64,000 nucleotides of DNA from Eledone cirrhosa (lineage: Eukaryota): contig OZ024759.1 of assembly GCA_964016885.1 (NCBI GenBank), forward strand, positions 19,406,001 through 19,470,000, in the 5' to 3' direction. The notes under the pieces were generated by a model that saw only the letters and a program-made list of their open reading frames with translations, was not told where the DNA came from and made no database searches. Position numbers and translations under genes: made by a program. Positions 12,495-26,040 of this stretch are shown here, one piece after another (positions within the stretch are counted from its first letter, which is position 1; every line of letters begins with the position of its first letter).

Positions 12495-12845
12495 CTTTAT
12501 TGTGTTGTATGAGATGAAAGAATGGTATTTAACTAATGTAATGCTACACGATGGGGCCCACCCACAGCCCCGGTGGACTGAATGGAGAAGGCGTTTCCCC
12601 GGAGGACGGCAAGGGAGACGCGCTGGAAAAGCCACTCCAACTCGCGGGGCTCACACCTGCGGCTGGCCAGCTCAGCGCCTATGGTGGTGAGTAAGGAGGT
12701 AGTCCTGGAGCCGAGGACACCAGAAGTCTCCAGTGCCAGGGAAACGACCGCAAACCTGTCGGAGAGCGACCGGTATTTGAGGAGTTTGGCCCCCCTCAGC
12801 CCGACATGCAGCAGAACCTGGGTCAGTCGCGGACTATCTGGTCAT
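12495..12845 (-). mobile_element. CRE-like non-LTR retrotransposon 3' fragment
   Basis: minus strand KLLKY...ALETSGVLG...EWLFQRVSLAVLRGNAFSI; ends near AATAAA. Confidence 0.7.
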
Positions 12846-12938
12846 TAAGTATGAAATGTTTGATTTCAAATTGAAAGGAAATCAGACATTTGATATGCAA
12901 GGACCTAATAGTTACCTTTTCTACTTCTATTGTTACAG

Positions 12939-13106
12939 ATAAATTCTGAGAACCCATCAGGGGGTTATGCTGATAAACACATGCTACTGAAGGGTCACCA
13001 AGGTCTGGTGACCACCGTTGACTGGTCCCCGTCAGTTGACACACGGATTTGTTTGACTGGTTCACTGGACGGCAAAGTGAAGATAAGCACGATGCTTACA
13101 AAATGA
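12939..13106 (+). CDS. WDR91: WDR91 terminal coding exon with TGA stop
   Basis: cag|INSENPSGG...LKGHQGLVTTVDWSPSVDTRICLTGSLDGKVKISTMLTK*. Confidence 0.95.
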   Translation: MNSENPSGGYADKHMLLKGHQGLVTTVDWSPSVDTRICLTGSLDGKVKISTMLTK

Positions 13107-13114
13107 GAAAAATG

Positions 13115-13469
13115 GCGGCAGCAGCAGCATCAGCAGCATCATCAACAACAACAGAAGAAGTAACATCAATAACAGCATCAGTAGTATCAACAACAGCAGC
13201 AGCAACAATAACAGCAGCAGCAACAGCAACAAACAGAATGACAGCAACATCGTCAATAACAACAGCAGCGGTAGTAATAACAACAACAGCAAAAACAACA
13301 ACATTACCAACAACAGCAGCAGTAACAACAGCAGTAACAACAACAGCAGCAGTAACAACAGCAGTAACAACGACAGCAGCAGTAACAATAACAATGACAG
13401 CAACATTGACAACAGCCGCAACGGTAACAACAGCAGCAGTAACAACAGCAGCAACAACAACAGCAGCGG

Positions 13470-13510
<41 letters not shown>

Positions 13511-14410
13511 ACAGCAGCAACAACTAAAAACAACTGTGGTTCGAGTTGTTGGTGGTGGTGTTGGTAGTGATGTTGTTGTTGCTGTTGTTGTTGCTGTTGG
13601 TGATGTTGATGTTGATGGTGGTGTTGGTGGTGGTGTTGGTGGTGGTGTTAGTGTTGGTGGTGTTGCTGCTGCTGTAGTTGGTGCTGTTGTTATTGCTGCT
13701 GTTGTTAATGTTGTGTATTATGTAAATAATTGTTTCTACTTTTGGCACAAGGCCAGCAATTACCCCAGTGTATTACTGGTACTTTATGTAATAATGACAG
13801 TGATAATAATGGTGATAAAGTTGGTGATGATGGTGTTGTTGATAGTGATAGTGATGGTGGTGGTGGTGGTGGTGGTGACTGTAGTGATGATGATGATGGT
13901 GGTGGTGGTGGTGACTGTAGTGATGATGGTGGTGGTGGTGGTGACTGTAGTGATGATGATGGTGGTGGTGGTGACTGTAGTGATGATGATGATGGTGATG
14001 GTGGTGGTGGTGACTGTAGTGATGATGGTGGTGGTGGTGGTGGTGACTGTAGTGATGATGATGATGGTGGTGGTGACTGTAGTGATGATGATGATGGTGG
14101 TGGTGGTGTCTGTAGTGAAGATGATGATGGTGATGGTGGTGGTGGTGACTGTAGTGATGATGATGATGGTGGTGGTGTCTGTAGTGAAGATGATGATGGT
14201 GATGGTGGTGGTGGTGACTGTAGTGATGATGATGATGGTGGTGATGGCGTTAATGGTGTTTTTTGCGATAGTGCTGATGGTGTTGATGATTGTGATGCTG
14301 GTGATTATGATGATGTTAATGGTGATAGTAGTGACCATGATGATGATGATTGTGATGTGGTCACAAAAGGCCACAGTGATAGTGACATCACAGTGATGAT
14401 GATGATCATC
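13115..14410. repeat. Compound triplet repeats (ACA/GCA, then TGT/TGG, then GAT/GGT) just downstream of the WDR91 stop
   Basis: direct inspection. Confidence 0.92.
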
Positions 14411-14442
14411 ATCATCTCCTTGTATGTTTGTATATATATATG

Positions 14443-14487
<45 letters not shown>

Positions 14488-15122
14488 GGATGCACATGGC
14501 TTAGTGGTTAGAGCATTGGGCTTGCAATCGAAAGGTTGTGAGTTCAATTCTCAGACCGGGTGATGTGTTGTTTCCTTGAGCAAGACACCTTATTTCACGT
14601 TGCTCCAGTTTACTCAGCTGTAGAAATGAGATGATAGGGACTGGGGTCCCTACCATTCCACTGTAAAGTGGTCGTGGAGGTGCCACGGCAATAAAGCACC
14701 CAGCCCACACTGTAAAGTGGTCGTGGAGGGGCCACGGCAAAAAAGCACCCAGCCCACACTGTAAAGTGGTCGTGGAGGGGCCACGGCAAAAAAGCACCCA
14801 GCCCACACTGTAAAGTGGTCGTGGAGGTGCCACAGCAAAAAAGCACCCAGCCACACTGTAAAGTGGTCGTGGAGGTGCCACGGCAAAAAGGCACCCAGCA
14901 CTCAATGTAACGTGGTCGTGGAGGTGCCACGGCAAAAAAGCACCCAGCACACACTGTAAAGTGGTTGTGGAGGTGCCATGGCAAAAAAGCACCCAGCACT
15001 CACTGTAAATGAGGCTGGTGTTAGGAAGGGCATCCAGCTGTAGAAATCAAGCCAGAATCAGTTCCCGTCCCACCCTTGCAAGCAGGGAAAAGTGGACATA
15101 AAATGAAATGATGCTGATTATG

Positions 15123-15156
<34 letters not shown>

Positions 15157-15384
15157 TTGTGTGAGTATATCGGCAGTCCATCGACTTTTGTCAAATTGGA
15201 CCGAGGAACCAATGTTTCCGTTGGTCTTTCCAATTGCTAGTACCATCTATTGGTCGCAACTCCAGGTAGAAGGAGCTACGTGAAATAAAGTGTCTTGCTC
15301 AAGGACATAACGCATCGCCTGGTCCGTAAATCAAACACAGCGTCATGATGGCGAATTCAATTCTCTTACCACTCAGACACAAGT

Positions 15385-15570
15385 GTGTAAGTGTGTGTGT
15401 GTGTGTGTGTATATATATATGTGTGTGTGTATATATTTGTGTGTGTGTATATATTTGTGTGTGTGTATATATATATGTGTGTGTATATATGTGTGTGTGT
15501 GTGTATATATGTGTGTTTGTGTGTGTGTATATATGTGTGTGTGTGTGATATATATATGTGTTTGTGTGTG

Positions 15571-15611
<41 letters not shown>

Positions 15612-16533
15612 GTGTGTTTGTGTGTATGTGTGTATGTATATATATATATGTGTTTGTGTGTGTGTATATATATATATGTGTTTGTGTGTGTGTATATATA
15701 TATGTGTTTGTATGTGTGTGTATATATATATGTGTGTGTATATGTGTGTGTGTGTGTGTATATATGTGTGTTTGTGTGTGTATATATGTGTGTATATATA
15801 TATATGTGTGTGTGTGTATATATATATGTGTGTTTGTATGTGTATATATATATATATATACGTGTGTGTGTATATATATATATATATTTATATACAGCTA
15901 TACCCACAGTTGAGTGTCCCAGTGTTATATATATATGTATATGCTTGTATATATATATATATACATACATGTCTGTGTAGAGGTACATAAAACTGCATTT
16001 ACACGGTTCTATGTATGTGAGCATATGCTTGTGTATGTATGTATGTATGTGCATGTATTTGTATGTATATATGTGTACGTATTTGTATGTATAGATGTGT
16101 ATGTGTATGTATAATATCTTGTATAGATATATATATATATGTGTCTGTATGTAAATGTGTGTATAATATAATCTTGTATAGATATATATATGTGTGTGTG
16201 TATGTGAATGTATGTATAAAATAATCTTGTATAGATATATATATGTGTGTGTGTATGTGAATGTATGTATAAAATAATCTTGTATAGATATATATATGTG
16301 TGTGTGTATGTGAATGTATGTATAAAATAATCTTGTAGATATATATATATATATATGTATGTGAATGTATCTATAAAATAATCTTGTATAGATAGATATA
16401 TATGTATGTGAATATGTGTATAATATAATCTTGTATAGATATACACATATATATATATGTATATGTGAATGTATGTATAATATAATCTTGTATAGATATA
16501 TATGTGTATGTGAATGTGTGTATAATATAATCT

Positions 16534-16574
<41 letters not shown>

Positions 16575-16605
16575 ATGTGAATGTGTGTATAATATAATTT
16601 TGTAT

Positions 16606-16667
<62 letters not shown>

Positions 16668-16785
16668 ATGTGAATGTGTGTATAATATAATTTTGTATAG
16701 ATATATATATATACATGTGTATGTGAATGTGTGTATAATATAATCTTATATAGATATATATATATATGTGTATGTGTGTGTATGT
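15385..16785. repeat. (GT/AT)n compound microsatellite
   Basis: direct inspection. Confidence 0.95.
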
Positions 16786-16822
16786 ACGTAAGTTAATGTA
16801 ACCTGCTAATTGCTACTTCTTG

Positions 16823-17120
16823 TCAGAAGAGTGCCATCCCTACATTGAACATTGCACGGTCATGTGCACACAGGTGACTTTTCAGACCCACTGGTGTTTT
16901 TCAGGTACGTTCACCGATGTAACACTTGAACAGTCTGTCTCCTGGTAAAACTGACTGCGGTGTGTCTCCATGTGTTTTACCATGTCTGGTCAGCCCACCC
17001 GCTGACTTGCAAATTAAGCTACACTCACTACAAATGTACAGTGGAGTGTGTGATGGCAGAACCATCTTACAGTTGGCTTCATTTCTCCCCAGCTTGAAGC
17101 GTTTGTACCGAATATACCAT
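16823..17120 (-). pseudogene. Decayed two-C2H2-zinc-finger coding fragment, probably a LINE ORF C-terminus
   Basis: minus strand YICSECSLICKSAGGLTRHGKTH...FKCYIGERT*KTPVGLKSHLCAH. Confidence 0.6.
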
Positions 17121-17604
17121 TATAGCTATCTGTGCATGCAAGTTTCTATAATACATATGTATATATGTTTGTGTATATAATCTACACACATGTCAATTCA
17201 TACATTAATGTCAATATTCCACATGAAACAGATGTTATCTTCAAGCAGTATCAAATATCTGTCTATCTTGAAGAAGAAGAAGAAGAAAAATCAATAAAGA
17301 AAATTAATTATCATATTTGGTCTTGTGTAAATGTCTGGTGATTTTATAATTTAATTGTTGTTGTCTATACAGAGTTTTATATTGAATACAGCTGCTTATC
17401 TCATATATTGTGAAATGACAAGGACCTCCAGAGGTTGGCTGATGAGACGAGACTGTCCTGTGTTTCATCCATTTTTTTCATTGTCTCTGCTCAACATTTT
17501 CAAAATTAATTATATATATATATATATATATGTATAAGTGTATATGTATTTATTTATGTATATATATATATATATATATATGTATAAGTGTATATGTATT
17601 TATT

Positions 17605-17667
<63 letters not shown>

Positions 17668-17716
17668 TTATGTATATGTATATATATATATTTATGTATA
17701 TATATATATATATATT

Positions 17717-17770
<54 letters not shown>

Positions 17771-17945
17771 TACATATATATACATAGAGATATCCACGGT
17801 AAGTTGTGGGGTCTATTTTTGTAACTAACCTTACATAGATCAATAACTGAGTATAGCTACAATGTATTATCATCACCTAAAAACAATCGTAAAGCAGTGA
17901 AGTATATCTCTAATGACTTGATTTTTTTATTTCATTGTTTTAACT

Positions 17946-17976
<31 letters not shown>

Positions 17977-19442
17977 CATCATCATCATCATCATCATTTC
18001 ATTTTACGTCTGCTTTACCCTGCTTGCAAGGGTGGGACGGGAACTGATTCTGGCTTGATTTCTACAGCTGGATGCTCTTCCTAACACCAACCTCATTTAC
18101 AGTGAGTGCTGGGTGCTTTTTTGCTGTGGCACCTCCACGACCACTTTGCAGTGGAATGATAGGGACTCCAATCCCTATCATCTCATTTCTACAGCTGAGT
18201 AAACTGGAGCAATGTGAAACACAAATATAAGGGTCAGCTAAAAAGTTCATAGATTGACCATGGATAACAAATTGCCTGAAATGGCTCCTAGTTTTATGAT
18301 GCAAAGCTATTTACAAGGGTCACCTGAAAAGTTTATAGGCTGACCAAGATACTCTCATGGAATGACCAAATGAGGTTTAATTTTCAACATAGTCCCTGGG
18401 AAGAAACAATGCAGTTATTAACCTCTCAAAGGCGATGACACACGACCGTGACCTCTGGCATCACGCAGTAATACAGAGTACCCGACCTCCCATGGGTACA
18501 AGCAGAAGCATATAGACAATATGCCCCACACCCTCCCACTGCAAGGTGGTCGTGGAGGTGCCACGGCAAAAGAGCACCCAGCCCACACTGTAAAGTGGAC
18601 GTGTAGGCGCCACGAAAAAGCACCCAGCACTCACTGTAAAGGAGGTTGGTGTTAGGAAGGGCATCCAGCTGTAGAAATCAAGCCCAAATCAGTTCCTGTA
18701 TGAGCAAGGCATGGTCAGCCGACCAGACACTGCCCACAACAGGACAACCTGTCTAACCCATGCTAGCATGGAAGAATGGACGTAAAACGATGATGATGAT
18801 GATGATGTAATTTAAATGATTAATGCAATATTTCACATTCACTTAAGTTGGAGCAATAAAAGAGAAAGAGATGTCAAAACTGTATTATATAGTCACTACA
18901 TAGCTTTACTAAGTATTTTCTGCTGTGTTTCCTTAACTCTTTCATGATCACACCTCTAATGAGATACATTTTGTTTCAATTAATTAATTGTTTCTACTTT
19001 AGGCACAAGGCCAGCAATTACCCAGTACATTACTGGTACTTTATTTTATCGACCCCGTAAGGATGAAAGGCAAAGTTAACCTAGGCGGGATTTGAACTCA
19101 GACTGTAAAGGGACGTAACTATGCTAGAAAGCATGGCGTCCAACCCTCTACCGATACTGCCAATTCATTAATTAATGAAGAATTTTGAGTTTTACAGAAA
19201 TTATTAATTATTTCATTACTGGGGTAGTAACTAGTAAGGTCATGTATCCTGCTGAGTCTCTGGCTAAAAACCATCTTTGAGGACCACGATCAAGGTAAGG
19301 CAAAGAAAGAAAATCCTGGTCCGACAACTTTAAAGACTTGACTGATCACAAAACCACAACCCATCTACGCATGCTGGAGAATGGAGACCAGTGGTGATAG
19401 CTGATTGTGAAAGTGTCAAGTGAGTCACCCCAAAGATTGCTT

Positions 19443-21215
19443 CACCAGTGGCACATCTAGAGAGGCAGGCCAACAACTGGCTGCACCAGTGGCACATCTA
19501 GAGAGGCAGGCCAACAACTGGCTGCGCCAGTGGCACATCTAGAGAGGCAGGCCAACAACTGGCTGCACCAGTGTCACATCTAGAGAAGCAGTTCAACAAC
19601 TGGCTGCAACAGTGGCACATCTAGAGAGGTAGGCCAGCAACTGGCTGCACCAGTGGCACATCTAGAGAGGCAGGCCAGCAACTGGCTGCACCAGTGGCAC
19701 ATCTAGAGAGGCAGGCCAACAACTGGCTGCAACAGTGGCACATCTAGAGAGGCAGGCCAACAACTGGCTGCACCAGTGGCACATCTAGAGAGGCAGGCCA
19801 ACAACTGGCTGCACCAGTGGCACATCTAGAGAGGCAGGCCAACAACTGGCTGCAACAGTGGCACATCGAGAGAAGCAGGCCAACAACTGGCTGCACCAGT
19901 GGCACATCTAGAGAAGCAGTTCAACAACTGGCTGCACCAGTGGCACATCTAGAGAGGCAGGCCATCAACTGGCTGCACCAGTGGCACATCTAGAGAGGCA
20001 GGCCAACAACTGGCTGCACCAGTGGCACATCTAGAGAAGCGGGCCAACAACTGGCTGCACCAGTGGCACATCTAGAGAAGCAGTTCAACTACTGGCTGCA
20101 ACAGTGGCACATCTAGAGAGGCAGGCCAACAACTGGCTGCACCAGTGGCACATCTAGAGAGGCAGGCCAACAACTGGCTGCACCAGTGGCACATCTAGAG
20201 AGGCAGGCCAACAACTGGCTGCACCAGTGGCACATCTAGAGAGGCAGGCCAACTACTGGCTGCACCAGTGGCACATCTAGAGAGGCAGGCCAACAACTGG
20301 CTGCACCAGTGGCACATCTAGAGAGGCAGGCCAACTACTGGCTGCACCAGTGGCACATCTAGAGAGGTAGGCCATCAACTGGCTGCACCAGTGGCACATC
20401 TAGAGAGGCAGGCCAACAACTGGCTGCACCAGTGGCACATCTAGAGAAGCAGTTCAACTACTAGCTGCACCAGTGGCACATCTAGAGAGGCAGGCCAACA
20501 ACTGGCTGCACCAGTGGCACATCTAGAGAGGCAGGCCAACAACTGGCTGCACCAGTGGCACATCTAGAGAGGCAGGCCAACAACTGGCTGCACCAGTGGC
20601 ACATCTAGAGAAGCAGTTCAACTACTAGCTGCACCAGTGGCACATCTAGAGAGGCAGGCCAACAACTGGCTGCACCAGTGGCACATCTAGAGAGGCAGGC
20701 CAACAACTGGCTGCACCAGTGGCACATCTAGAGAGGCAGGCCAACAACTGGCTGCACCAGTGGCACATCTAGACAGGCAGGCCAACAACTGGATGCACCA
20801 GTGGCACATCTAGAGAAGCAGTTCAACTACTGGCTGCACCAGTGGCACATCTAGAGAGGCAGGCCAACAACTGGCTGCACCAGTGGCACATCTAGAGAGG
20901 TAGGCCAACAACTGGCTGCACCAGTGGCACATCTAGAGAGGCAAGCCAACAGCTGGCTGCACCAGTGGCACATCTAGAGAGGCAGGCCAACAACTGGCTG
21001 CACCAGTGGCACATCTAGAGAAGCAGTTCAACTACTGGCTGCACCAGTGGCACATCTAGAGAGGCAGGCCAACAACTGGCTGCACCAGTGGCACATCTAG
21101 AGAAGCAGGCCAACAACTGGCTGCACCAGTGGCACATCTAGAGAGGTACACCATTGACTGACTGCACCAGTGGCACATCTAGAGAGGTACACCATTGACT
21201 GGCAACACCAGTGGC
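19443..21215. repeat. 41-bp minisatellite (~43 copies)
   Basis: GCACCAGTGGCACATCTAGAGAGGCAGGCCAACAACTGGCT. Confidence 0.97.
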
Positions 21216-21369
21216 AGGAATTTGATTTATTGTTTAAACTTAGCAAATGGTTCTTATATAAAATTATGTGAGAAGATTGTGATTTAAGTCTCAATATTCT
21301 GTAATGGTTTTACAAAAAGGGTTTAAAAAACGGGTATGTTAATTCAAATGTTTGTTTAATATATTTACA

Positions 21370-21930
21370 AAAAGCACCTGGTCCACCCTGTAAGGTAGTC
21401 GTGTTGGTGACACAACCAAAAGCATGTGGTCCACCCTGTAAGGTGATCATGTTGGTGACACAACAAAAGGCACCTGGTCCACCCTGTACGGGGGTCATGT
21501 TGGTCATGTTGGTGACACGACAAGAAGCACCTGGTCCACCCTGTACGGTGGTCATGTTGGTGACACGACAAGAAGCACCTGGTCCACCCTGTACGGTGGT
21601 CATGTTGGTGACACGACAAGAAGCACCTGGTCCACCCTGTACGGTGGTCATGTTGGTGACACGACAAGAAGCACCCGGTCCACCCTGTAAGGTAGCCGTA
21701 TTGGTGACACAACAAAAAAAAAACACCTGGTCCACTCTGTAAGGTGGTTGTGTTGAATGAGAACCCAGACTAACCTGTCAACACTGTAAACGTGGTTGGT
21801 GTTAGGAAGGGCATCTGGCCATAGAAATCAAGCCAGAATCAGTTATGTATGAGCAAGACACGGTCACCTGATCTGACTTGTCTCATAATGTGACAACTCG
21901 TTTAACCCATGCTAGTGTGGAAAATAGACG
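21370..21930 (+). repeat. Tandem array of an RTE-tail unit followed by the RTE/SINE tail
   Basis: GTCATGTTGGTGACACGACAAGAAGCACCTGGTCCACCCTGTAC repeats, then GTTAGGAAGGGCATC tail. Confidence 0.8.
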
Positions 21931-22381
21931 TCAACCCTTTAGCATTTAAACTGGCCATATCCGGCCAGAATTCTTTCATCTTTTTCTGTTCAAACTGGTC
22001 ATAACCGGCTGCTCATATTTATGTTAAGTTATTGTTCTCAAAATAAATAATATCAAAATCTCGTAGATTCAATATTATGTGAGGTAAAGCCTTTACCATG
22101 AAAATATAATAGTAAATATAGATTAATGTAAATGCTAAAGGGTTCAATGATGATAATGATGAGGATTTACTAGTTAACAGATTGTGAAATCTTTTTTATT
22201 AGAATAAAGACTTCAATCTTCCAATGTCATACAAGTTACAATGCAGCTGTTCTTTACTTTTCAAAATTGTCTTGCTAATGTGGTTTCATACGGTACAGGA
22301 TGTTAAATGTTAATTAACAATGGTGGTGCCCCAGCATGGCTTAGCCTGTCAGTTGAAACATGTAATAGAGTAATGAAGAAT

Positions 22382-22466
<85 letters not shown>

Positions 22467-22580
22467 TACGTATACATACATATATATACACACACATATA
22501 TATATCTACACACATACATACACACACACATATATATATATAATATATACAGACATACACATATCTACATACACACACAC

Positions 22581-22613
<33 letters not shown>

Positions 22614-22681
22614 TATATATTATAAAGTGAAATTACAGGAGGCCAAAAATGTTGAATTTCCTTAATTATTTTTTTCTGCAA

Positions 22682-23025
22682 ACATTATGCACATTTCAGT
22701 GGCCAGGTTGCGTAAGAACCTGGAGACATCTTCAGGTGTAAATTGCGTAGTAGATGTATACCAACGGAATGATGGTAAACTTTAAGGAAACAAGCAAAGA
22801 AAAAACAGAAGAAAAAAAGTGTGTTTATGTTTTGGGCCCAGAGACGGACATGTTTTTATGCCTTGCCACCTCTATCCATCTCCTTTAACAGATTGATTTA
22901 TATACGAAATATATTACATAATAAATGTATTATCTACAATGTTGCCTGAAGATGTGGTGCCAGTAAATGCAGCATGGTAGCATTACATAATTAAGACTAG
23001 CACCACAGAAATACATATAACAGCA
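22682..23025. ncRNA. Two decayed hammerhead motifs (22682-22739 minus, 22940-23025 plus)
   Basis: CTGAAGA + paired stem II (CCAGGTT/AACCTGG; TGTGGTGC/GCACCACA) + GAAA; stems I/III partly mismatched. Confidence 0.5.
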
Positions 23026-23245
23026 AATGAATAAAATGAATTGTGGGAAGCTAACCTTCGTATTGTTATTATTTATTATTATTAATAATAATTATTTTAA
23101 TAAAGAAATAATTATTATGCACACACACACACACATATGAATATATATATATATAAATATACATATATATATGGGGGTATTCATGATGAATTTCAAGAGG
23201 TGACCACTGTTAGAGAAGGTAGTCAATCTTGGTTGTACTTTGATA

Positions 23246-23288
23246 ACTTTAGACATGTTTCAGCTCCATTAAACCTCTTCAGTAAAGC
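23246..23288 (-). ncRNA. Minimal type-I hammerhead motif
   Basis: minus strand GCTTTA-CTGAAGA-GGTTTAATGGAGCT-GAAA-CATG-TC-TAAAGT. Confidence 0.72.
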
Positions 23289-23506
23289 ATAGTGTTTAGC
23301 TGTACTTCCAGATGACTTGATAAATATCTACACACTGTGTGTATCTATTTATAGTCAATATCATATACACACAGTGTCTATATATATATATGCAGAGGTT
23401 ATATTTAATTTGTTGGGATACAAGCTTAAAAATATTTTTATAACTGATATAAAGCACTCAACAAATTATTGGAGTAAATATACAATTATATTCCATTTGT
23501 TAATAT

Positions 23507-23551
<45 letters not shown>

Positions 23552-24924
23552 ATGCCCAACCACCTGTGTTTATCCAGTCAGCATCTACGTTTTGTATTTA
23601 TTTATACCAAAGAAATATACCATCTGCCTATGCCATCACCTTTCACACACACAAATCATTTAGGGCACCTGTATGAAGTCACCCGATCTGCTAGAAATAG
23701 TAACCAAATTACACACACGTGTGTATGGGTAGGTGTGATATTTGTACATCATACTGCCAAATTATCACTTGCTGTCCATTACTCATATTGTATGTTTGTG
23801 TGTATGGTATGTATGGAACGGTATGGTCCTGTAACTCCTGATAGAGTCATAAGGGCGCTGCATTGACATATGGCATTTCTTGGGCATTTTAAGCCTGGTG
23901 GAGTCCATCTCCTCTCCAGGCCTGAATACAGCAGATTTCTTCCAGAGAAAGATAGAAAGTGAGAGAGAGGAAATGATAAAGAGATATAGAGGAAGAATCG
24001 ACCCCAGTACTAGACTGGTACTTTTTTTTATCGACCTCGAAAGGATGAAAGGCAAAGTTGACATCGGCGGGATTTGAACTCAGATCATAAAGGGACGTAA
24101 CTATGCTGGAAAGCATGGCGTCCAACCCTCTACCGATACTGCCAATAATGCATTCAAATATATATATTTATATATGGACACACACACACACATATATATA
24201 TATATAGAGAGAGAGATGGAGAGATAAAGTGAGAGAGAGAAAATGATAAAGAGATATAGAGGAAGAATCGACCCCCAGTACTAGACTGGTACTTTTTTTA
24301 TCGACCTCGAAAGGATGAAAGTCAAAGTTGAACTCAGAGAGTATATCATAAAAGACATATTGAATTATGTGGTCCCGGACGACGACTACGCCACCACCAC
24401 CACCAGCAGCATCACTGTTAGGTTTGTCTTTCATAAAATAAAGTACCAGTAATGCACTGGGTAAATTGCTGGCCTTGTGCCAAAAGTAGAAACAATTATT
24501 GTGGCATCTTTATTAATTATTGTATTGTAAATATTTTCTTATATTTTGTGTAATTAAAATAAACGAGCAAAGTGTACAATATTTTTTGAAAATTTAAGAA
24601 TTTCACGTTGCTCCAGTATACTCAGCTGAAAATAAGTACCAGCAATAGCTGGGGGGTTTGAACCTGCGTGGCCTAGTGGTAAGTGTGTTGGACTTACGAT
24701 CATAATATCGTGGGTTCGATTCCTAGACTGGGTTGTGTGTTGAAACCAGAATATCGAGGACCTTAATGAAACACTCTGAGAGCATTTTCTGTCAAGCCAC
24801 TGCTCCTATCATTGTTTCTATATTTGGCACAAGGCCAGCAATGTGAAAGGTAAGAGGTGGGGTTGGTCAAATTGCGCCCTCATTGTGTTACTGGTACTTT
24901 ATTTTATTGACCTCAGAAGGATGG

Positions 24925-24959
24925 TGTTGGTAGTAGTAATAATAGTAGTAATGGTGATG

Positions 24960-24994
<35 letters not shown>

Positions 24995-25466
24995 AATAGT
25001 GGTGGTTGTAGTAGCAGTAGTAATATTAGTAGTGGTAGTAGTAGTAGTAGTAGTAGTTGTGGTAGTAGTAGTGGTAGTGGTGGTAGTAGTAGTGGCGGTG
25101 ATGGTGGTGTTTGCAGTAGTAGCAGTAGTAGTAGTGATGGTAGTATTAGTATTAGTAGTAGCTGTAGTAATAGTAGTGGTGGTGGTGGTGGTGGTAGTAG
25201 TAGTAATAGTAGTAGTATTGGTGGTGGTGGTGGTGGTAGTAGTGATGGTGGTAGTAGTAATGATGGTAGTAGTGGTGGTGGTGGTATTAGTGGTGGAGGT
25301 GGTGGTGGCTGCCGTAGTAGTAATAGTAGTAGTGGTGGTGGTAGTAGTAGTGATGGTAGTAGTAGTATTAGTAGCAGCTGTAGTAGTAGTAGTGGTGGTA
25401 GTGGTGGTGGTGGTGGTGGTGGTAGTAGTAGCAGTAGTAGCAGCAGCAGCAGCAGTGGTGGTTGTG

Positions 25467-25499
<33 letters not shown>

Positions 25500-25637
25500 A
25501 TGGTGGTAGTAGTAATAGTGGTGGTGGTGGTAGTAGTAGTAGTAGTAGTGGCGGTGGTGCTAGTGGTAGTAGTGGTGGTGATGGTAGTGGTGGTGGTGGC
25601 GCTAGTGGTAGTAGTAGTAGGGGTGGTGGTGGTGGTT

Positions 25638-25669
<32 letters not shown>

Positions 25670-26040
25670 GGTGGTGGTAGTAGTGATGGTAGTTGTAGTA
25701 GTAGTAGTAGTAGTAGTAGTGATGGTGGTAGTAGTAATAGTGGTGGTGGTGGTGGTAGTAGTAGTAGTGGTGGTGGCGGTGGTGGTAGTAGTGGTGGCGC
25801 TAGTGGTAGTGATGACTACTACTACTACTACTACAACCCCACCACCACCACCACTATTACTACTACCACCATCACTACTACTACTACTACTACAACTACC
25901 ACCACCACCAATACTACCACTACTACTACCACAACCACCACTGCTGCTGCTGCTACTACTGCTGCTGCTACTACTACTACTACTACTACTAGTAGCAATA
26001 GTGGTTGAGGTGGTGGTGGTAGTAGTAGCAGCAGCAGTAG
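24925..26040. repeat. (GTA/GTG)n triplet array with an internal inverted (CTA/CCA)n block
   Basis: direct inspection. Confidence 0.93.

Noticed and set aside
19443-21215. CRISPR-like regular array
   Set aside because: Contiguous 41-bp units with no unique spacers and no cas genes, in a eukaryotic context; ordinary minisatellite.
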